Under the pieces are notes generated by a model. The model was not told the DNA's origin and ran no database searches. It saw only the letters and a list, made by a program, of their open reading frames with translations. A DNA stretch of 890 nt, taken from the NCBI RefSeq assembly GCF_003334335.1, contig NZ_QOWQ01000141.1; one strand, written 5' to 3'. Position 1 is the stretch's first letter, and each line of letters opens with the position of its first letter. The DNA is from Escherichia coli. GTDB lineage: Bacteria > Pseudomonadota > Gammaproteobacteria > Enterobacterales > Enterobacteriaceae. The position numbers and the translations under genes are program-made. Shown piece after piece: positions 1-890 of this stretch.

Positions 1-77
<77 letters not shown>

Positions 78-106
78 CGGAGGATTCAGTATTCCCCGGA
101 CAACTC

Positions 107-112
107 AGGAGG
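107..112 (+). promoter_or_regulatory. Shine-Dalgarno (AGGAGG) for the CDS starting at 117
   Basis: Exact AGGAGG hexamer with a 4-nt spacer (AAAT) before ATG 117. Confidence 0.6.
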
Positions 113-116
113 AAAT

Positions 117-551
117 ATGCGAATTCTGAACTGTTATATGGCGAATGACAGCAAAGGCCATTTTGTTACGGCGAAAGAAGCTGCGAAGCACAACCGACAG
201 GACGTTTTGTGCTGTGTGTCCTGTGGATGCCCGTTAACACTTCAGCGGGGCAATGACGGACAACCACCGTGGTTTGAACATGACCAGATGACTGTCGCTG
301 AAAAAATCCTGCTGCGATGTACCTGGCTTGACCCGGCGGAGAAAGAGGCCCGTCGTTTGCATCTGCAGGGCATGACGGTTCCGGATTATACGGTGAAGGT
401 GAGAAAGTGGTTTTGTGTGATGTGTGACGAAGATTATGAGGGGGAAAAGTGCTGCCCACGCTGCGGTACCGGGGTATACAGCAGGGCGTGGGGGCGGCAG
501 GAGGTGCCGTCGGAAGATGCCAGGGCTGATAATCCGTTACAGAGGCTGTAA
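117..551 (+). CDS. Hypothetical cysteine-rich protein (144 aa) with zinc-ribbon-like CxxC / CPxCG motifs; function unknown
   Basis: ATG at 117 lies 4 nt after a perfect AGGAGG (107..112) and the frame runs to TAA at 549..551. The product has 11 Cys, with clusters CCVSCGC (aa 32-38) and CVMC-x8-CCPRCG (aa 100-117). The provided ORF track gives the same frame from a GTG at 48; I prefer 117 because of the Shine-Dalgarno. An alternative start is ATG at 138 (MANDSKG...). The frame is also open back to the 5' window edge, so an upstream start outside the window cannot be fully excluded. Confidence 0.75.
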   Translation: MRILNCYMANDSKGHFVTAKEAAKHNRQDVLCCVSCGCPLTLQRGNDGQPPWFEHDQMTVAEKILLRCTWLDPAEKEARRLHLQGMTVPDYTVKVRKWFCVMCDEDYEGEKCCPRCGTGVYSRAWGRQEVPSEDARADNPLQRL

Positions 552-787
552 TGGTTGCCTCCGGAGCAGTTTGCGGTGATGCCTTTCCCGGGAATGGATT
601 GCCAGTGCGGGGACTGTGGAGCTTAATTCCGGTGTTGGTGGCCTTTCCGTTGATTTTATGCCAACAGCCCCCTGTGACTGACAGGCTGCCTCGTCATTCC
701 ATTCGTATCTCCAGTAACAGGGGGTTGTATTGTATTTTATTGTGCCGGTTCAGGTGTGCGTTTCCCGGCGCGTCTGCACCGGCTTAA
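551..787 (+). CDS. Doubtful small ORF (78 aa) with one hydrophobic helix-like segment; may be non-coding
   Basis: ATG at 551..553 overlaps the TAA stop of the upstream CDS (TAATG), with AGAGG at 541..545 as a possible Shine-Dalgarno 5 nt upstream. The translated segment LWSLIPVLVAFPLIL (about nt 614..658) is hydrophobic. Against it: the rest is Pro/Arg/Ser-rich and low in complexity, and the ORF contains the inverted repeats listed below. Codon usage includes 3 AGG and 2 CGG, but the upstream CDS also uses rare Arg codons, so this does not discriminate. Confidence 0.2.
   Translation: MVASGAVCGDAFPGNGLPVRGLWSLIPVLVAFPLILCQQPPVTDRLPRHSIRISSNRGLYCILLCRFRCAFPGASAPA
664..728 (+). other. Inverted repeat / possible stem-loop: ACAGCCCCCTGT (664..675) pairs with ACAGGGGGTTGT (717..728), 41-nt loop
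   Basis: Pairing checked by hand: 12 positions, 11 Watson-Crick plus one G-U (G667-T725). A C5/G5 core sits at 668..672 and 720..724. Confidence 0.25.
744..783 (+). other. Imperfect GC-rich hairpin (about 15 bp stem with one mismatch and three G-U pairs, 8-nt loop), not followed by a U-tract
   Basis: GCCGGT (744..749) pairs with ACCGGC (778..783), and CAGGTGTGC (751..759) pairs with GCGCGTCTG (768..776), around loop GTTTCCCG (760..767). The downstream sequence TTAACCAAATT lacks a T-run, so it is not a canonical intrinsic terminator. Confidence 0.2.
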
Positions 788-838
788 CCAAATTCAACAG
801 GGATAAAATAGTGGTAAGCGTACAGCCTGAACCGTCTG

Positions 839-851
839 GTCAGAATCTGAC
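839..851. promoter_or_regulatory. 13-bp palindrome GTCAGA-a-TCTGAC; candidate operator for a dimeric DNA-binding protein
   Basis: Perfect 6-bp inverted arms around a single central base, in a region with no forward ORF leaving the window. It overlaps a weaker hairpin at 827..843, CTGA(a)CC-gtct-GGTCAG. Confidence 0.25.
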
Positions 852-864
852 GAATTAGACAAAG

Positions 865-876
865 TGGTGTCCACCA
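865..876. promoter_or_regulatory. 12-bp palindrome TGGTG-tc-CACCA; second candidate protein-binding site
   Basis: Perfect 5-bp inverted arms with a 2-bp spacer, 14 bp downstream of the 839..851 palindrome. Confidence 0.2.
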
Positions 877-890
877 AATAAGTAGTGGGA

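Noticed and set aside
166-459. 97-aa ORF on the minus strand, antisense to the Cys-rich gene
   Set aside because: It lies entirely inside the better-supported + strand CDS. Its translation is Ser/Pro/Thr/His-rich and low in complexity, and I saw no convincing ribosome-binding site. It is most likely an antisense artefact.
558-592. Short perfect palindromes CTCCGGAG (558..565) and CCCGGG (587..592)
   Set aside because: Palindromes with 3-4-bp arms occur at chance frequency in sequence of this GC content, so there is no basis to call them functional sites.
725-743. AT-rich stretch with short direct repeats (TGTAT TGTAT, TATTGT x2) considered as a promoter -10 / UP element
   Set aside because: No acceptable -35 hexamer at 16-18 bp spacing and no clean TGnTATAAT extended -10. 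Promoter calls by eye in this region would be guesses.
581-771. Repeated short motif TTTCCCGG / GCCTTTCC (copies near 581..592, 641..649, 759..771)
   Set aside because: Exact 8-mer repeats are expected about once by chance in a region of this size. The copies are not regularly spaced and have no flanking similarity. This is not evidence for an iteron or CRISPR-like array.
804-809. TAAAAT hexamer as a possible -10 element
   Set aside because: No matching -35 element at appropriate spacing and no TG extension. It is a single hexamer match of low information content.
784-890. Two minus-strand frames open from the 3' window edge to stops at about 784..786 and 794..796 (possible 3' end of a convergent gene)
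   Set aside because: Only about 32-34 codons are open, which is not unusual by chance, and the translations look low in complexity. This cannot be supported without sequence beyond position 890.

Overview
This 890-bp window holds one well-supported + strand gene followed by a region of uncertain nature. (1) CDS 117..551 (+) encodes a 144-aa cysteine-rich protein (11 Cys) with CxxC / CPxCG zinc-ribbon-like knuckles, preceded by a canonical AGGAGG Shine-Dalgarno; I do not recognise it as a named gene. (2) A 78-aa ORF (551..787, +) overlaps the stop of gene 1 in a TAATG arrangement and has a hydrophobic helix-like segment, but whether it is a real gene is doubtful. (3) The ~340 bp after gene 1 carry several inverted repeats and palindromes (664..728, 744..783, 839..851, 865..876), and no forward ORF leaves the 3' edge, so this looks like a structured intergenic or leader region. 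I see no rRNA, tRNA, CRISPR array or mobile-element hallmarks. Nothing here can be assigned to a known multi-gene system from sequence alone. The most interesting candidate is the unrecognised Cys-rich protein together with its possibly coupled small hydrophobic ORF and the structured downstream region. All similarity statements are from memory and need a database search.
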